NCBI GenBank assembly: GCA_043228905.1
Contig: JBHGNT010000152.1
Span: 558-64,557 of the forward strand
Length of the DNA: 64,000 bases
Source of the DNA: Azolla caroliniana
Lineage: Eukaryota; Plantae; Polypodiophyta
Direction of reading: 5' to 3'
The notes under the pieces were generated by a model. It saw nothing but the letters and a program-made list of their open reading frames with translations, did not search any database and had not been told where the DNA came from. Of the stretch, positions 26,750-39,826 are shown piece by piece. Both the position numbers and the translations under genes were made by a program. Positions within the stretch are counted from its first letter, which is position 1. Every line of letters begins with the position of its first letter.

Positions 26750-27939
26750 TAGTGCGGTCCCAACCTCTCTTTCACTCTCTCATTACAAAAAGTAGTACAG
26801 TCCCGACCTTTCTTTCAGTAAAACAAATTTGCCAACTGCCTGCCGTAGTAAAATCAGTAAATATACTGCCATAATGCTGCTGATAAGCGTAAAACTTGCA
26901 TCCATGAAGGTTCAGCCTCATAGCATTATCTATTCTATAAAGCAATGCTTTAAAGCCGCCTTCTAATCCGCCGGCCGGCCCGGCCGGTTCATCCGGATGA
27001 TGAAAACCGCTTCTTTTCTTTTCTTTTCTTCGGCCGGCTTCTTCCGCCTTTTTACAGGTGCCGGCGGGCTTCTTTTGATAACTCCTTATCAATCCTTTGA
27101 CTTAAAGGCTTCTCATCATCATCAACCTTAGATACTGATTCGTCCAGAAAAGCACCCGCATCCAGCAGTTTACCCCACACATCTTTACCCCCATTCTCGC
27201 AATCGTCTTCATAATCTTCATCACTGACAATGCTGCCTGCTGCTTTCATCATCAGACTTCGAACAATCCTCTTTGCTGCTTTTCAAATGTGCATCCTGTA
27301 TCGGGTCGATCTCCTCCTTAGTCTCACCATCTTTTTTTTGTTGTGTTTCATCAACCATCGCAGCGTCCAACCGATACTCTTTGCTTTTCTTTTTATCCGC
27401 TGTAGTGTTCCCGGTGCGTGCGCTCTCGGGCTGGCTCTTCGCGGCATGCATTTAGACTCATCATCATCTTCGTTATTGTTTTTGCCAGCTTCCTGTACAG
27501 TCTCTGATTGCTTGCGGGACGCTGGGTTGTTCTGTGCTCATTTCTCGCTTCTGTTTTGGTGAATCTGATTGCGGGACGCGCTTTTTGTTGTTTTTCGTGC
27601 GTGTTCCATCATTTTGTTGTGTTTGGTTTCGTGTTTTTTTAGGCGGACGAGGGGGAAGAACCGCTCCGATAGAGAATAAGGCAAGGGTTGCTCGCCTAAA
27701 GCTTGGTTGCTCTAATTTTTCAACTGGATGCCAACCATAATATTTATTCTCAATAAGATGGCATGAATGCCTGTAGTGCTTTTCACTAGTTCATTACTTT
27801 AAACTAGTACTTATTTGTTAGCCGGGGTGCATGCGGGAAGTGTTTCGTCTATTTACGGCGGGCCGGGCCGGGCCGGGCCGGGCCGGGCGGGTTCTTACTG
27901 CTTAATAAACGGTAACGATAATACACATCAACGGAATCA

Positions 27940-28130
27940 GTTAAGTAACCACCGCCGCTGTAACTAAGGTCTTACCATTCTTGGTCTCTTTTTCCGTCTC
28001 TACATGCCAAGGCACAGGCTTAACAACCATAGGCAGATTCAACTTAACAGGTATCAAGTTGAGATCATATCAAATGTTGGTAAGGTTGTATTTAATCGTG
28101 TTCTGTATCTAGAAACTTCTTCTAGTTCTG
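27940..28130 (-). pseudogene. Fossil of a linear-plasmid RNA polymerase (LPMV..P..W / GGYL region)
   Basis: Minus strand reads YDLNLIPVKLNLPMVVKPVPWHVE then, after a frameshift, SGGGYL. This is a hallmark region of phage-type plasmid RNA polymerases. Confidence 0.7.
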
Positions 28131-28655
28131 GTTTCGCAATTAATTTGGATCAGATTTTTCCGACCGACGTTTAGTCCCGGTCTAGCGAGTGTCTAAGGAC
28201 CCACCCGTTTTCGAGCCGTTAGACCATCAGGCAACAGCCGGTCATGATTGGATGGTCGGATAAGTTGCTTCGGTCGCCGAGTCTCAATTCCCCACACTTA
28301 GGACATTAACGGCTATCGGATTGGATGGGTATGCTTCGGAGGAAATTTCCCCGGATTCTCGAATCCATTGCACAACTATTCATGAAGAGACCCGTGTATT
28401 CAATTCAGGGTTTGATTCACCTTTAGGTAGGTCCTGATGCAGTAACCATAAGAATATGGTTCCTGAGAAGGTTGAAAGAGGGTTCATGCGCCCGCCTTTT
28501 AGTAATAGGATTCTACCCCAGCCAGCAGTTGGGAAGGGAAGGTATCTCTCAACCGCCTAAGCCGCTTAAGTGTACGATTCTCTGTGCCTTTAGAGCACAT
28601 CGCACGCAGGGGATTTACAGAAGCCAACGCCACTAATATGAGTTTTTTTTCATTC

Positions 28656-28740
28656 AAAAAGGGACTTACTTCAAGCGCCATATCCGAAACATACGAAACT
28701 TTGGAGATATGAGAAAGGCAGATGGAAGGGTCATAAAAAA
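28656..28740 (+). pseudogene. Diverged duplicate of the rps3 3' / rpl16 5' junction
   Basis: AAAAAGGGACTTACTTCAAGCGCCATATCCGAAACATACGAAACTTTGGAGATATGAGAAAGGCAGATGGAAGGG aligns with about 25996-26070. Encodes (A)PYPKHTKLWRYEKGRWKG, similar to the Rpl16 N-terminus. Confidence 0.75.
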
Positions 28741-28794
28741 AGGTTAAGTTATGTGTCGAGGTTTAGTCATACGTCATTAGAGAAGGTTATATGG

Positions 28795-30132
28795 GTGTCT
28801 AATAAGAATATATGAGATTAGAAACCGTGAAAGCCTGCGGCTAAATATGAATTAAAATGAATGCCCTATAAAGCCATTCGTTAAGATAGAAATCTTTCTG
28901 GTCGGGTAGCGTGACCTGTTCACAGGTTAAGACGTTGAGTCGCGTCTGTGCACTCATTTTGCATTCATTCGCGCTCGGATGGCGGAGTTAGTGAACTGAG
29001 TTTCCATGAAGGTGAAAGTCCTTCTCCCTCGGGAACAGGGTAACAGCGTGCCCACGTGCTGGGAGAATGGCATCCAAAGGCATGAAGCTGGGCATGAAAG
29101 GGATTCAGAACCCGGCGAAAGTGGGGAACTTTGAATCTCAAGCAAGGGCGCGCGTGACGATATCTGCCCCTTCTTTGTTTTCGTTGGGAGACAGGGTGGG
29201 AATGAAACACTTTGGGTATTGTCTAGGTGAGTGCTGAGTGGCGGTACTGCATCCCCGAAGGCTAAGCCTAAGTTGAACCGGACAGCAGGCAACCGCAATC
29301 CTAGCGTTTGAAGCGTCGAAACAGGAAAGCAGGATTGCTTCCTGCGTCCAAAATATGGGACAGAGGCCGAGGGAAAGGGGTTGTCTGTCCTTTCCCGTTC
29401 TTCGAGCGCGCCTCCGGCGTAGAGCGGAAGCCTTACGGCCTGGTTCTTTGAAATATGGAATCCCGGAACTGGAGAACCCCGCACACCTCTGAGGTCGCAC
29501 TCAGAAGAGCCAACCGTACGGTGAACAGGGATAGGATGGGACAATAAGCGAGGGCCCGGTAGTAATTAATTATCGGGACGTGCCAAAGTGTCCCCGCATC
29601 TAATTTTAAGGGAAAGGGAGCAGCCAATATGCTTCAACATTCGAAGATAAAGAGCGCAGATTGGCCAAAAGGAAAGTAAGCAACGTAAAATACCTTGCCC
29701 CTGAACTACGAGTAGCACTCGCTCTGTCATGGATAGACAATCTGATCCGATTTGCTGAATATACATACCTCTGAAAGTAGAAGCAAAAGCGAAAGTGAGA
29801 GTGAAAGTGGAAGTATGGCCAGTTCCATGACCTTTCAGGACTCCTGCTACTGGGGATCGGATCGCCCTCATGGCCTAAAGGCGAACCGCGGAAGAAAAGA
29901 AGCGGGATTCGAACCCAATAGCTACTTTCGCTCGGGTCGATCTCGCCGCCATGACGCCACCAGAGTGATCCACATATCTATCAACAAGAAAGCCAGAGTA
30001 CGTAATCGACGCTGATGCAAGGAAATTTTTGAATTAGTCACGAGACGCGGGAAAATGGGGAAGATACGAGGTTTCAATCCTCTCTCATCAGATACGCTGA
30101 TGGTCGGTTTTTCACTTGAGTCTAGGAGTTAT

Positions 30133-30165
<33 letters not shown>

Positions 30166-30697
30166 GCGTGAGGAAACAAACTGAGCAATGGCCCTAGCTA
30201 GCCGATAGGGCTAAAGCGACGACAAGGAAGTAGAACTCCAACCACGGCGTAGGTGTTCTTTCCGCCGGCCGGCCGCCTGTGGACATCACAGATGGATCGC
30301 ATCTACGTCGTCGTCCGGGAGGCATGAGCTGCCAATTTGCGGCAGTTGCTGGCTGCATGGGCATCGTCACGATCAAAAGAGGGCAGGGGAGCTCGTATTC
30401 CGGAACCCTCACCTGATGGGATGCGGGGAGCCGTATGACGGGAAACTGTCACGAGCGGTTCTGAATTGGCGGTCAGGCAGGGAACTCCTAACCTGATTGG
30501 CCGACCAAAACCGAAATAAGACTCCGGAAAAGTCGTCGCCGTTGTTAAGAAATAGTTTATTTACATGAGTAAGAAACTGACGTATTTCCATCGGTCGCTT
30601 CCGTTTCGTATATTAGTTATTTTGTATGCTTCGTATAGTTTTCTGTGAATTAGCATTAAAAGGTTCTTTAATAGGCATAAACAAGTCGTGTTGGCAG
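28795..30697 (+). CDS. rps14: Ribosomal protein S14, 2 exons, editing-dependent
   Basis: Exons 28795-28908 (GTG SNKNI*D*K...AKYELK*M.YKAI) and 30512-30697 (LLRNSLFT*VRN*...LKGSLIGINKSCW then CAG as edited stop); total 300 nt. Confidence 0.9.
28909..30511 (+). other. Group II intron rps14i114g2
   Basis: Inserted after nt 114; 5' GCGTG; domain V GAGCCGTATGACGGGAAACTGTCACGAGCGGTTC; 3' AAAAC. Confidence 0.85.
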
Positions 30698-31728
30698 TAC
30701 GCTGGTCGGCTTCACAAGCAAGCTGCGGGTCTTTTTCAATCACTAATTCTTATTTTGCCCAAAATCGTTGTCGTTGGTTCACATTTTATGGCATCGCAGA
30801 AATTGATTGTAAGGCTTTAGATTATTTCAAAGGGTGGCCTAAGGTCACCCCCCTTAAATGAGAGTCCCGCCTCTCTTCATTTAAGCGGGAAAAACGTTCT
30901 GCTGGCTGGGTAACATAATGGCAATGTATTGGACTGCAAATCCTGGAATGACGGTTCGACTCCGTCCCTAGCCTATTCTTCTTCCAAGCTCTTTTGCCAT
31001 TTCCGAGTGAAAAGATTGCTGCTTTAAAGTGGAAAGAAAAGTGCAAAGCATCTTCTTGCCAGTGATTCATCAAGATTGCCGCCGGCTCGGTTTAAAGTGA
31101 AAAGAAAAGTGCTGCTTTGCTTTGCTTTGCTGGATTCGCAGATTATGGCCAGAAGATGATATTGCCTTCTTGCATGATCCTTCTGAATTTTACCAACGGA
31201 ATTTCGAAATTCCAGCATTCAATTCTTTCCGCAATCTGAGCCGCATTAAAGATTATCGTATAATAATCCATGAATATTCAGGCCTTCTTGAAAGTTCAAA
31301 AGAAGAACTTTGGTAGCCATTTATATTACACTTTTTACCGCTTCTTCTTCTTCCGCAGTGCAGTTTTCTTGCGCTTCATGAAGAAAAGGTGCTGTTTGAA
31401 ATTGTAGCTTGAATCTTATCGGAAAACTAACTCTAGGCCTTCTTGATGAACAGCTATGGATAATACGGCGGAAGTTGCTTGCGGGGAAGAACCAAGGTGG
31501 TGGATGAACCCGCTGCTTCATCAGCGCGATGAAGACGATTAACGCTACTTATCGGCTACGGTAAAGTCAGACGGCCCGATGGGGGAGTTGGTAGCAGAAG
31601 CTAGACAATTGCGGCGCGGCCCAACAAGAAAAGAAGCGGATTGACGTGGCCGTAGAAAGAATGGATAAATTTCTATGTGACCTACAGAAAACAGAGCCGG
31701 CGAGACTCCGAAGTATCGCCGGCACTCC

Positions 31729-31801
31729 GGGTAATTAGCTCAGTTGGTAGAGCGCCTCGTTTACACCGAGGGAGTCAGCGGTTCGAGTCCGTTATTGCCC
31801 A
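31729..31801 (+). tRNA. trnV(UAC): tRNA-Val(UAC), IR copy
   Basis: Copy of 16040-16112. Confidence 0.93.
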
Positions 31802-32019
31802 TGGTTGTAAACTTGGTTATTAGGACGCCTTAGTTCCTATCAATCTAAAATAGAATGATCAATTACCACGCTTAACCTTTCTGGTCGGAGGGGCCAAAGA
31901 GGAGGCCCTGCGGTACAACCTATTTGTTTTCTGAAGGCGTTGCGTGCGATTTACAAAGACCTGAAAGCTTGGCACGCTTTCCCGTTGATTATTGATGGCT
32001 CGTGATCTTGTCGGGAAAG

Positions 32020-32106
32020 GGATGGATGTCTGAGCGGTTTAAAGAGTCGGTCTTGAAAACCGAAGTATTCGGAGAGATACCGGGGGTTCGAATCCCTCTC
32101 CATCCG
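32020..32106 (+). tRNA. trnS(UGA): tRNA-Ser(UGA), IR copy
   Basis: Copy of 15735-15821. Confidence 0.93.
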
Positions 32107-32252
32107 TGAGTATGGTCATAAGTTAGCATTCCCACTTTCCCATCACCCTAACTTGATTTGGAAAGCATATAGGCATTCTATAAGCCTTCTATAAGAGCCT
32201 GAGAGGTTAAAAGGGATCGTCGTAAGCGGGCTCCATTGAGCAAGTCGCGCGT

Positions 32253-32284
<32 letters not shown>

Positions 32285-32411
32285 GGGAGAATCGAAAAAT
32301 ACGGGGTGGTGTTTCAGTTTCCTCTAATTGCTACGCCATCCGAGCCATTGGCGTTCTTAGCTCTATCCAGTTAGCAGTGAAAAAGGGTGGTTTCGAAATA
32401 AGAATCGATGT

Positions 32412-32497
32412 GCGGATATGATGGAATTGGTAGACATGCCAGGTTTAGGTTCTGGTGACCTTACTCAGTCGTGGGGGTTCAAATCCCTCTATCCGTA
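32412..32497 (+). tRNA. trnL(UAG): tRNA-Leu(UAG), IR copy
   Basis: Copy of 15344-15429. Confidence 0.93.
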
Positions 32498-32880
32498 GCA
32501 GTTGGAACCTCAGAGTTATGCAATCATTAGGCCTCTAGTGAGAAATCAAATGGGTTTCTTCTCTCCCTTCAATCACTAAGCAGTCCTCCGTCGCCTGGAG
32601 AGTGATCCTCGAACGTGTATACGAGCCATCGTAATTACCCAATCACATATTTTAGGGCCCGAACCCGATCCAACGTACGTAGCCTCGAACCAATGAATCT
32701 GGTCACAAGAAACGAACGAAGCCCGAACCATACCTTCGAGACTGAACGACCCGAGGGGCTAACTGCCTGCCTGCAGAGACTGCACTTCCCAACTTTCTTT
32801 GGGAAAGGGACTGCCAAGAATCTGGTAAAAGAGTTCGAATGGTTCGGGGAACAATAGAAAGACGCTTTGGTTGCCATCGG

Positions 32881-33081
32881 ACAACCTAAAGACCCGAACA
32901 GGGTTGATTTATATAGATCTGGTAATAGTGAAGATACTTTGTAGTTTGATATGAAGCAATCGTACACCGCCGTATAGAGTGGTAGGTCCTTATACACTCT
33001 CTTAAAATGGTTAACAACCAACGCAACCAAAGCAGCTGCTTTTGGTGAATGAAAGCAAAAGTAGCTTTAGATTCTATTCAA
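32881..33081 (-). pseudogene. Plasmid RNA polymerase fossil, IR copy
   Basis: Copy of 14760-14960. Confidence 0.65.
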
Positions 33082-34476
33082 ACTAGAATTCGTTTATTAT
33101 TTAAAGATATGAGTTTGTTTGATCAAAGAAGAAAACAAGGTTTTCTTTGTATTAATAATATTTTCATTTATACCGCAATTTTTCTGCTGTCATACAATAG
33201 CATTAGAAAATGAGATATTGAAATTGAAAAAAAAGTGTTATAATGTAAGTTTAATGGTAAAGGCCGTGGCTATTTTGTTTTTCGATTAATTCAGACTCAA
33301 GAAAATCTGAGTCTGGGTCAATCTCTGTTGATAAACAATCTGACGGTAAAGATTTTAATAATAATAATTTAGACTCTGGAAAAGAGGCAATCCCTATTAA
33401 TAAACAATCTAACAATAAAGATTCTAAAATATCGTAAGTATTTCAATCGTATATACATCGAAGGACGTTAAAATGTCTATTAGTTCTTTATCTTTCTTGA
33501 AGTGCGCAATAAACCTATCCTGCATGTTGGTTTGCCTTTTGTTGGTCAGCTTATCAATCAAAAAGGTCCAGCGAGTTATTATAGATTGATCTCTCGTCAA
33601 CAAATTGTTCGATCATTTTTTGCAAGTATTCCTTCCTTCTCAAGAAATCCGCCGAATTTGTTTGGCCCAATCCATCGCTTATCATTAATCTTTCCTTACC
33701 TCTCTTTTCTTCGGCTTCAAGCTTAACCTTTGCTTCTTCGAGCAATTGGCACACGCACGGTTTGAACGTACAAATTCCTATTTGAATATATTTCTTATGA
33801 GATTTATCTAACGCTGACCGCCAGAACATTATTCTTGATAATAAAGTTAGAAGCAGGCAAAAGAAATTCTTCAACCTCTGCTTCGCTATCGCCGTCACTA
33901 TAGGGCTCTTCGCAGTCCAGGTCATCAAGTTCCGCCACAGCGAAGGCCTGTAATCTGAGACATTGTACACAGGATCGATGGAGTCGAGCTAGCCGCTTCA
34001 TCGTTGAGATTAACCTTGAAAGGGCACGCACGGTTTGTTGTTTGCAGAGTATTCTCCAGGAGCAACGGTGAATAAACTCTCTGGAAACGAATCTTCATTG
34101 TTGTTAGGTGTCTTTTTCCAATGACTTAACAATGCCGGCAAAGACTTACTCCGTTGTTTTTTAACAAGTTAGACAGGGAGGGTATAGTGCTTTTTGTGCT
34201 GCTTTTGTGCCCCCATGTCCGAGGGGCGGGCTCAGATGCCCCCAATTATCAGTAGGGAAGGGAGTGCGAACTTTCTTCATTAAATTCACGTAGCACCAAA
34301 TTCACACCAGAATCGAATTCTCGCTTTCTTTTTTTTTGGCAGGTCTCATTGTCAATATTAGAATCATTAAGCATTCGAACGATGGATTACCAATTACTCG
34401 ATTCTGCGATGTAGGGTGTGTGCTGCTAAAGTGTCTAACAGCTCTTGACCCCAGCTCATTACATGTTTTCAATGGT

Positions 34477-35169
34477 TCACCGCCACCTATAATGCGCGAA
34501 ACTTCTATTGGCCTCTGCCGGTTTATGAAGATCATCCCTTCTTTTACGAACATTTCCCTTTCTTTGATAAGCATCCGGTATCTCAGCAGATGAACATTAA
34601 TCCAAGCTCTGGCTATTTCTGCTCATAGTACGTCATTTGACAGCTGCTTCCATGATCCGACGAAAAGCTAAGGTTTCTTAACGTTCTTTGGCAATAATCT
34701 TGAGTACATTACGAGTAGTCCCTGCGATTCTCACTTTCTTGATTTCGCGAGTAGGCTTGACATTCTCTATGGCGTTAGCCAGGAGTGTGATAACATGAAC
34801 ATCGGGTTCAGTTCAGGAAAGACGAGAAGAAGTTTAGGAAACAATAACACGAGATTTTGTTCTTTTACCATCAATCATACAAAAGTGGACTAATTTCTTG
34901 ATTAATCTTTTTTGTTTATTATCCACTCCCCAGATGTAGCTTAATCTCTCCGAGCAGCTGTATGTGCTTCCTTCACGGCCTCCCTTGGGTCTGGGTGACA
35001 AAAGCCCTGCTAGATGGGCGCAGAAATATTTGCAATGGGATCGAAGCGGATGGCTTTCCGTTCCAAAAGTTTCCGCCGGTCATTCTGAAAGTCTTCCCGA
35101 AAAATTAAACCGGTCTGAAGGCGATGAGCGAGAAAAGCAACCATTCCCTGATTTGACCTTTTTATTCGT
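34477..35169 (-). CDS. rps7: Ribosomal protein S7, IR copy
   Basis: Reverse complement of 12672-13364. Confidence 0.93.
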
Positions 35170-35546
35170 ATCGAATTCTTAGGTTTCTCTGTACCATGTT
35201 TTAGTCTGCCTCATCTTCAATCCGGGATTCCCTACGAATCTTTAACTCCTCGAATACGATGATAATTCACACCTAACGAATCTTTCACTCTACCTCCTCT
35301 AGCCGTAACCGCAGGATGCTCCTATGAATTATAACCCTCGCCAAAGATGTGAGCAATGATATTCCTTCAATTGCTTGAACGTGCCTTGGCTATCTTGCAT
35401 AAAGCCAGATTAGGTTTTTTTAGTGTTCTTGTCGAAACACGCGGGCGTACCCCAAACTTTTAGAGACATTAATTCGAAGCTCAAGTACATGTTTTGTGAC
35501 GTTTTGCCCTTCTACAATGACGAAGCAATTAATTTATGGTAGGCGT
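35166..35546 (-). CDS. rps12: Ribosomal protein S12, IR copy
   Basis: Reverse complement of 12295-12675. Confidence 0.93.
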
Positions 35547-36005
35547 ATTTCGCAATCTGTGTTTTTCCTTCTGCGTGCGGCCCCGAAAAGCGTTCATCAT
35601 GCATCCGCCCGCTTGACACAGCACTCACCCCTTGACATAACCGAACGATTACCTTTCGGTTGGCGGTAAATCGTTTAGGTCAAGCAACCTGGACTCGCCA
35701 CTACCGTACCTAGGGCCGTCCATTGCGATTATGCCGAGGGCGTCTGCCGTAAGCCTAGCAAAAGAAGAAGATATTGTTGTGATCTGGGAGGCGCGCGCCG
35801 TAGTAGCTGGGGTATCGGTTCTTTCCTCCTTTTATTTTCCCGGTCGGTGCTCTCACCCTCGAAGAAGCATCGATCGGACGATCGCAAGGCGGCATTCTGT
35901 TTACGAAATTTCCATCGGCGGGCGTGCGTGAGAGGGGTCTGGACGCCGTTTTCTTCCGACCAGAACCCCATTAATTATGACGTTCAACATCACAGTATGC
36001 TCAAT

Positions 36006-39000
36006 TCATTGAGGTAGCCAGTCAAAGGCTACTGGAACGCCGAATACAGAAACTACCCGAGCTAATGATAAAGGCGGGAAGACTTTCCGTCCAAGTCTCA
36101 TTGGTTAATCATAACAATGTCATAGAAATGCTGCGCAAACCCATATATATACGAACGGAAAGAAAATAACCTTTGTGCCAAACCAGATTGAGCCCGGAAT
36201 TCCCTGGAAACTAGGAAGATCTAAAATGGATGGCCAACCTCCCGGGAAAGGCGGTGTACATAGACTAGGAGAGTGAGGGCGCGGCTCTGTGGCCCTTAGC
36301 CCAATAGGTGTATCCACACCCTTCTCAAAGAACCGTACGTGACACTCTCGCGTCATACGGCTCCGTCCCGGGAATATTGAGTTTCCTCTTCTCCAACCAA
36401 TGCAACGTTTAGGTCTTCGAATCCGATCTCTCTCTCGCATGGATGTCTCGGTGGTGGTTGGCACAGCAGCAGCAGAGTGGGATCGACTTACAGTTCAGGC
36501 TGGCCTACAAGGCGGTTCATCAAACCCGCCAACCCCTTTTTCATCATGAAGGCCTTCATGATGAACCGGTTCATCGGCTTAGAGCCCGCATAGACGGAGA
36601 AAAATCTCTAAAGTGAGTGAGTCCCCAGGAGAACAATGAGAGGTAGGTGGTCAAAGGCCGAGCGAGAAAGTTCCTGCCTGCCTGCCTGCCTGCCTGCCGG
36701 GGGGAGAGATTGAAGCCACTCAACCTACAGAAAGGGCAGCTGAAAACAACCAACCGGGTTTGTGCTTGCTGCTGATAAGCACACTTTCTTTAGGTTTTAA
36801 CCCAGCAGAGAGAATGCGATAGCATTAAAGTGGGTTGGCTACCAGACCAGGGTACTCCTCCCTCCTCTAACTTGGAATTGATAGCGGAGCGTTAGTAGGG
36901 AGCTGTGAGATACGGTGCTTTACCTTCTGACTCCGAGAACGAATTTTTGGAAATAAACAGTACCATCACTTCTCCCGCGGGCTCGAGCAAGGCGCCTGAC
37001 AAGAGGCGCAGCGAGTCTTTCTCCGACCATTCCAAAAAGATCCCCTTTAACGTAACGTAACGAACAAGTTTTCAGCAGAAATCCCTCTTCGCTGGGGGTT
37101 AAGTCGCCTGGTTCAGACTCAATTTGCTCATGGGACGCCAGTAGCAAGCAAGCAAGCAAGCAGTCTCTCGTCCGCAACAGGAGTACATGGGGCTGCCGTT
37201 GTCTCGGTGATTCTGTTTTGCTAGCCTTTCAGACTAGTGTCTACCACTGTTGTTGGTGAGTCTTCTCTCCCAGGACCAGAATGATTACCCCTGTCCAATG
37301 AGTTTACATTCATCCCTGGATGTCGGGTACTGTTTCCTTCCCCGCCATCTTTGTAGCCGTCACCTGTAATCCGTGCAAGTGTGTCCGCACCCCCTGGAGG
37401 AAACGAGAAGGGATTTCTCGGAGCAACCCTCCCTGGTTCCAGACCTAAGAGCGCACTTTCCCATATGAGCATTCGATAGTATAGGTCTGGGGAAGAGTTG
37501 CGGGATAACCACCTGAGATATCCTCCTAATCTTAGATAGGTCGTCCGACGGGTTCGCGGTTCATTGCTGTGCTTACACACCAGGCTACCCCTCTTCGAAA
37601 GCTTCGCGGGACCTACTAGTCTTCAGATCGTCGCCCGGAGGAGTTTACTGCACAAAGCCCTTGAGGGGACGCTGGCTCCTGCAGGGAGCGGAAGCCCAAC
37701 GAATGTCGGATGCAAGGCTCCGCACCTCATTAAGATCGTATTAGCATATTCTCCCGAAAGAGAGGGAGCAAATCCCATTAAAAGATATTCCGCATTATAG
37801 CCCACGACTGATTCAACTTCTACTTCTAGTAGATCAGACGGAGCTCGATTAGTTTCTACTGAGCGAAAGATAGAAAACAGAATCAATACGGAGAACAAGA
37901 GAATGCGAAACCATATCTGCTCTTACGCTATGACAATCTCACTAAAATTACAAAAACCTACACAAATTAGTGCAGTAATGATAATAGGACCAATAGATAC
38001 TTCGTACAAAACCATTTAGACGGCAAATCATGATACTCCTGAAAAAGCATATTTGGAATAAGGAGTGAAGCTGCTTTTCCACCAATCAACAGGATCAGTG
38101 TACGCTGAGTCCTCTCCGAACCATACGAGCACGTCGCCGCGCATACGGCTCTCTACCCCAACAACTTGCTTTAGATCGCCCGGGAAACCCGCCCGTCGAT
38201 GTTCCTTCCGTAGAGGCACATTGACACGTGGTTGGCGGGGAGGGCAAAGCCGTACGTGATAGTCTACCACCATCTGGCTTTCTTTTTCACTCCGAGAGGT
38301 CCGACGTAGTTGCAGGGGTTCGTCGTCTCCTGCTTCTCTGTCGTCCTCTTTAGTTTAGCGGAGTGGAAAATTCTGACTCAGCGCCTTCATGATGAACCGG
38401 CGCGCGCGCGCGCCTTCATGCATGATGATGAAAACCGCTTCTTTTCTTTTCTTTTCTTTTCTTCGGCCGCCATAAAGCAATGCTTTATAATACCTCGCTC
38501 CGTACCCTTCCGTCCCGTTTGGGCTTGGTTCTGGCCCCCCTCGAGTACGCCCGTTCTTGGCGGTCGTCCTCGTGGTTCGTTCCCAGCAGGCAGGACTCGA
38601 GAGGAGCGGGCCGGACGTCATAAATCCAGGTCCTGCGGTCTAGCCTTAGCCCTCGGTAAGCAGATCGATCGCTTCGTGTTCTCTCTCTGAATTTTGTGGT
38701 ATGTCCTGTTCTTTTAGTTAAAACTGCTTGCTGGAGATCCACCAAACGACGATCAATTCTATTCCGCATTGAGTCAGGTTTCGGGGATTCGAGTTTGCAG
38801 ATTGCGTTGAGTAGAATCTGCCGAAGCTAGGCAGACATCCAGACTCCTTTCCTGCTGCTAGAAGAAAACAACGTGGAAAAAGAAATAAAGACTTTCCTCT
38901 TCCCTGAAAACTAGCGTCTTCCCCGTGCGTGCGTGAGGGGCCCCTTTCGGGGCGGGTACTATGAGTCCTCTGACTACCTGCCAGAACAAAATCTGGCTGG

Positions 39001-39789
39001 GTTTCGCCGGTATCACCTACGGCTCTCATCCCAGATGTCCTGGAATGCAGTAAATCGGGATGTCGTTCAGTCTCTTGTCCCCAAGAGGATGGGTAATGTG
39101 CCTTCATGCAATGGTTGCTCCAATCCGATCTGGCCGGCAAGCAATCCCAGCTGGCAGAAAACAAGACAGCGTACAGTCGTTCGCTCGGCACAGAGGTACA
39201 AGGATAACTGTAGGTCGTTGGCTACCCAAGGAGACTTCAATTCGCTAGGACGGCACCTCATCCTGATCCACAAGGTTGGTTCTTCCACATGGTGTTGTTA
39301 GGTACTCCCTGGGAAGACAGGATCGACCTTCAACCATGCTTTTACGGCATGCTCTTCCTTTCTTCCTGAACTTCTTTGAACGTATCCCTATCCCCTTTTA
39401 GCCTCCTACACAAGAACCCCCCCTACCCTTCAAATCGCGAGTCAAGCCTATTACTAGTTCTGTCGAAGAGCCCTACACCCTGTATAGAGCAGATCATTCC
39501 ACACTACAAACAATTTGACCACATGGGCGGGCCGGGCTGGCTGCTTTAGTACCACAGGTGACTGAACGGCCGCCCTACTAGACCGACCCACTGTAATAAT
39601 CCCATAAACCCCTGGAGAAGATATAGCAAATAGATAGAATGTACCTACATTTGGATCCGACAATACCATACCATAATCAGAAAGTGTAACAGCCCGAGCA
39701 ACCAAACTTAAATAGGGGTCAGTCAATGCTGCCCTCCAAACCGTACGTGGCAATCTTTTGTCATACAGCTCTCACTCGGAACACCTTAA

Positions 39790-39826
<37 letters not shown>

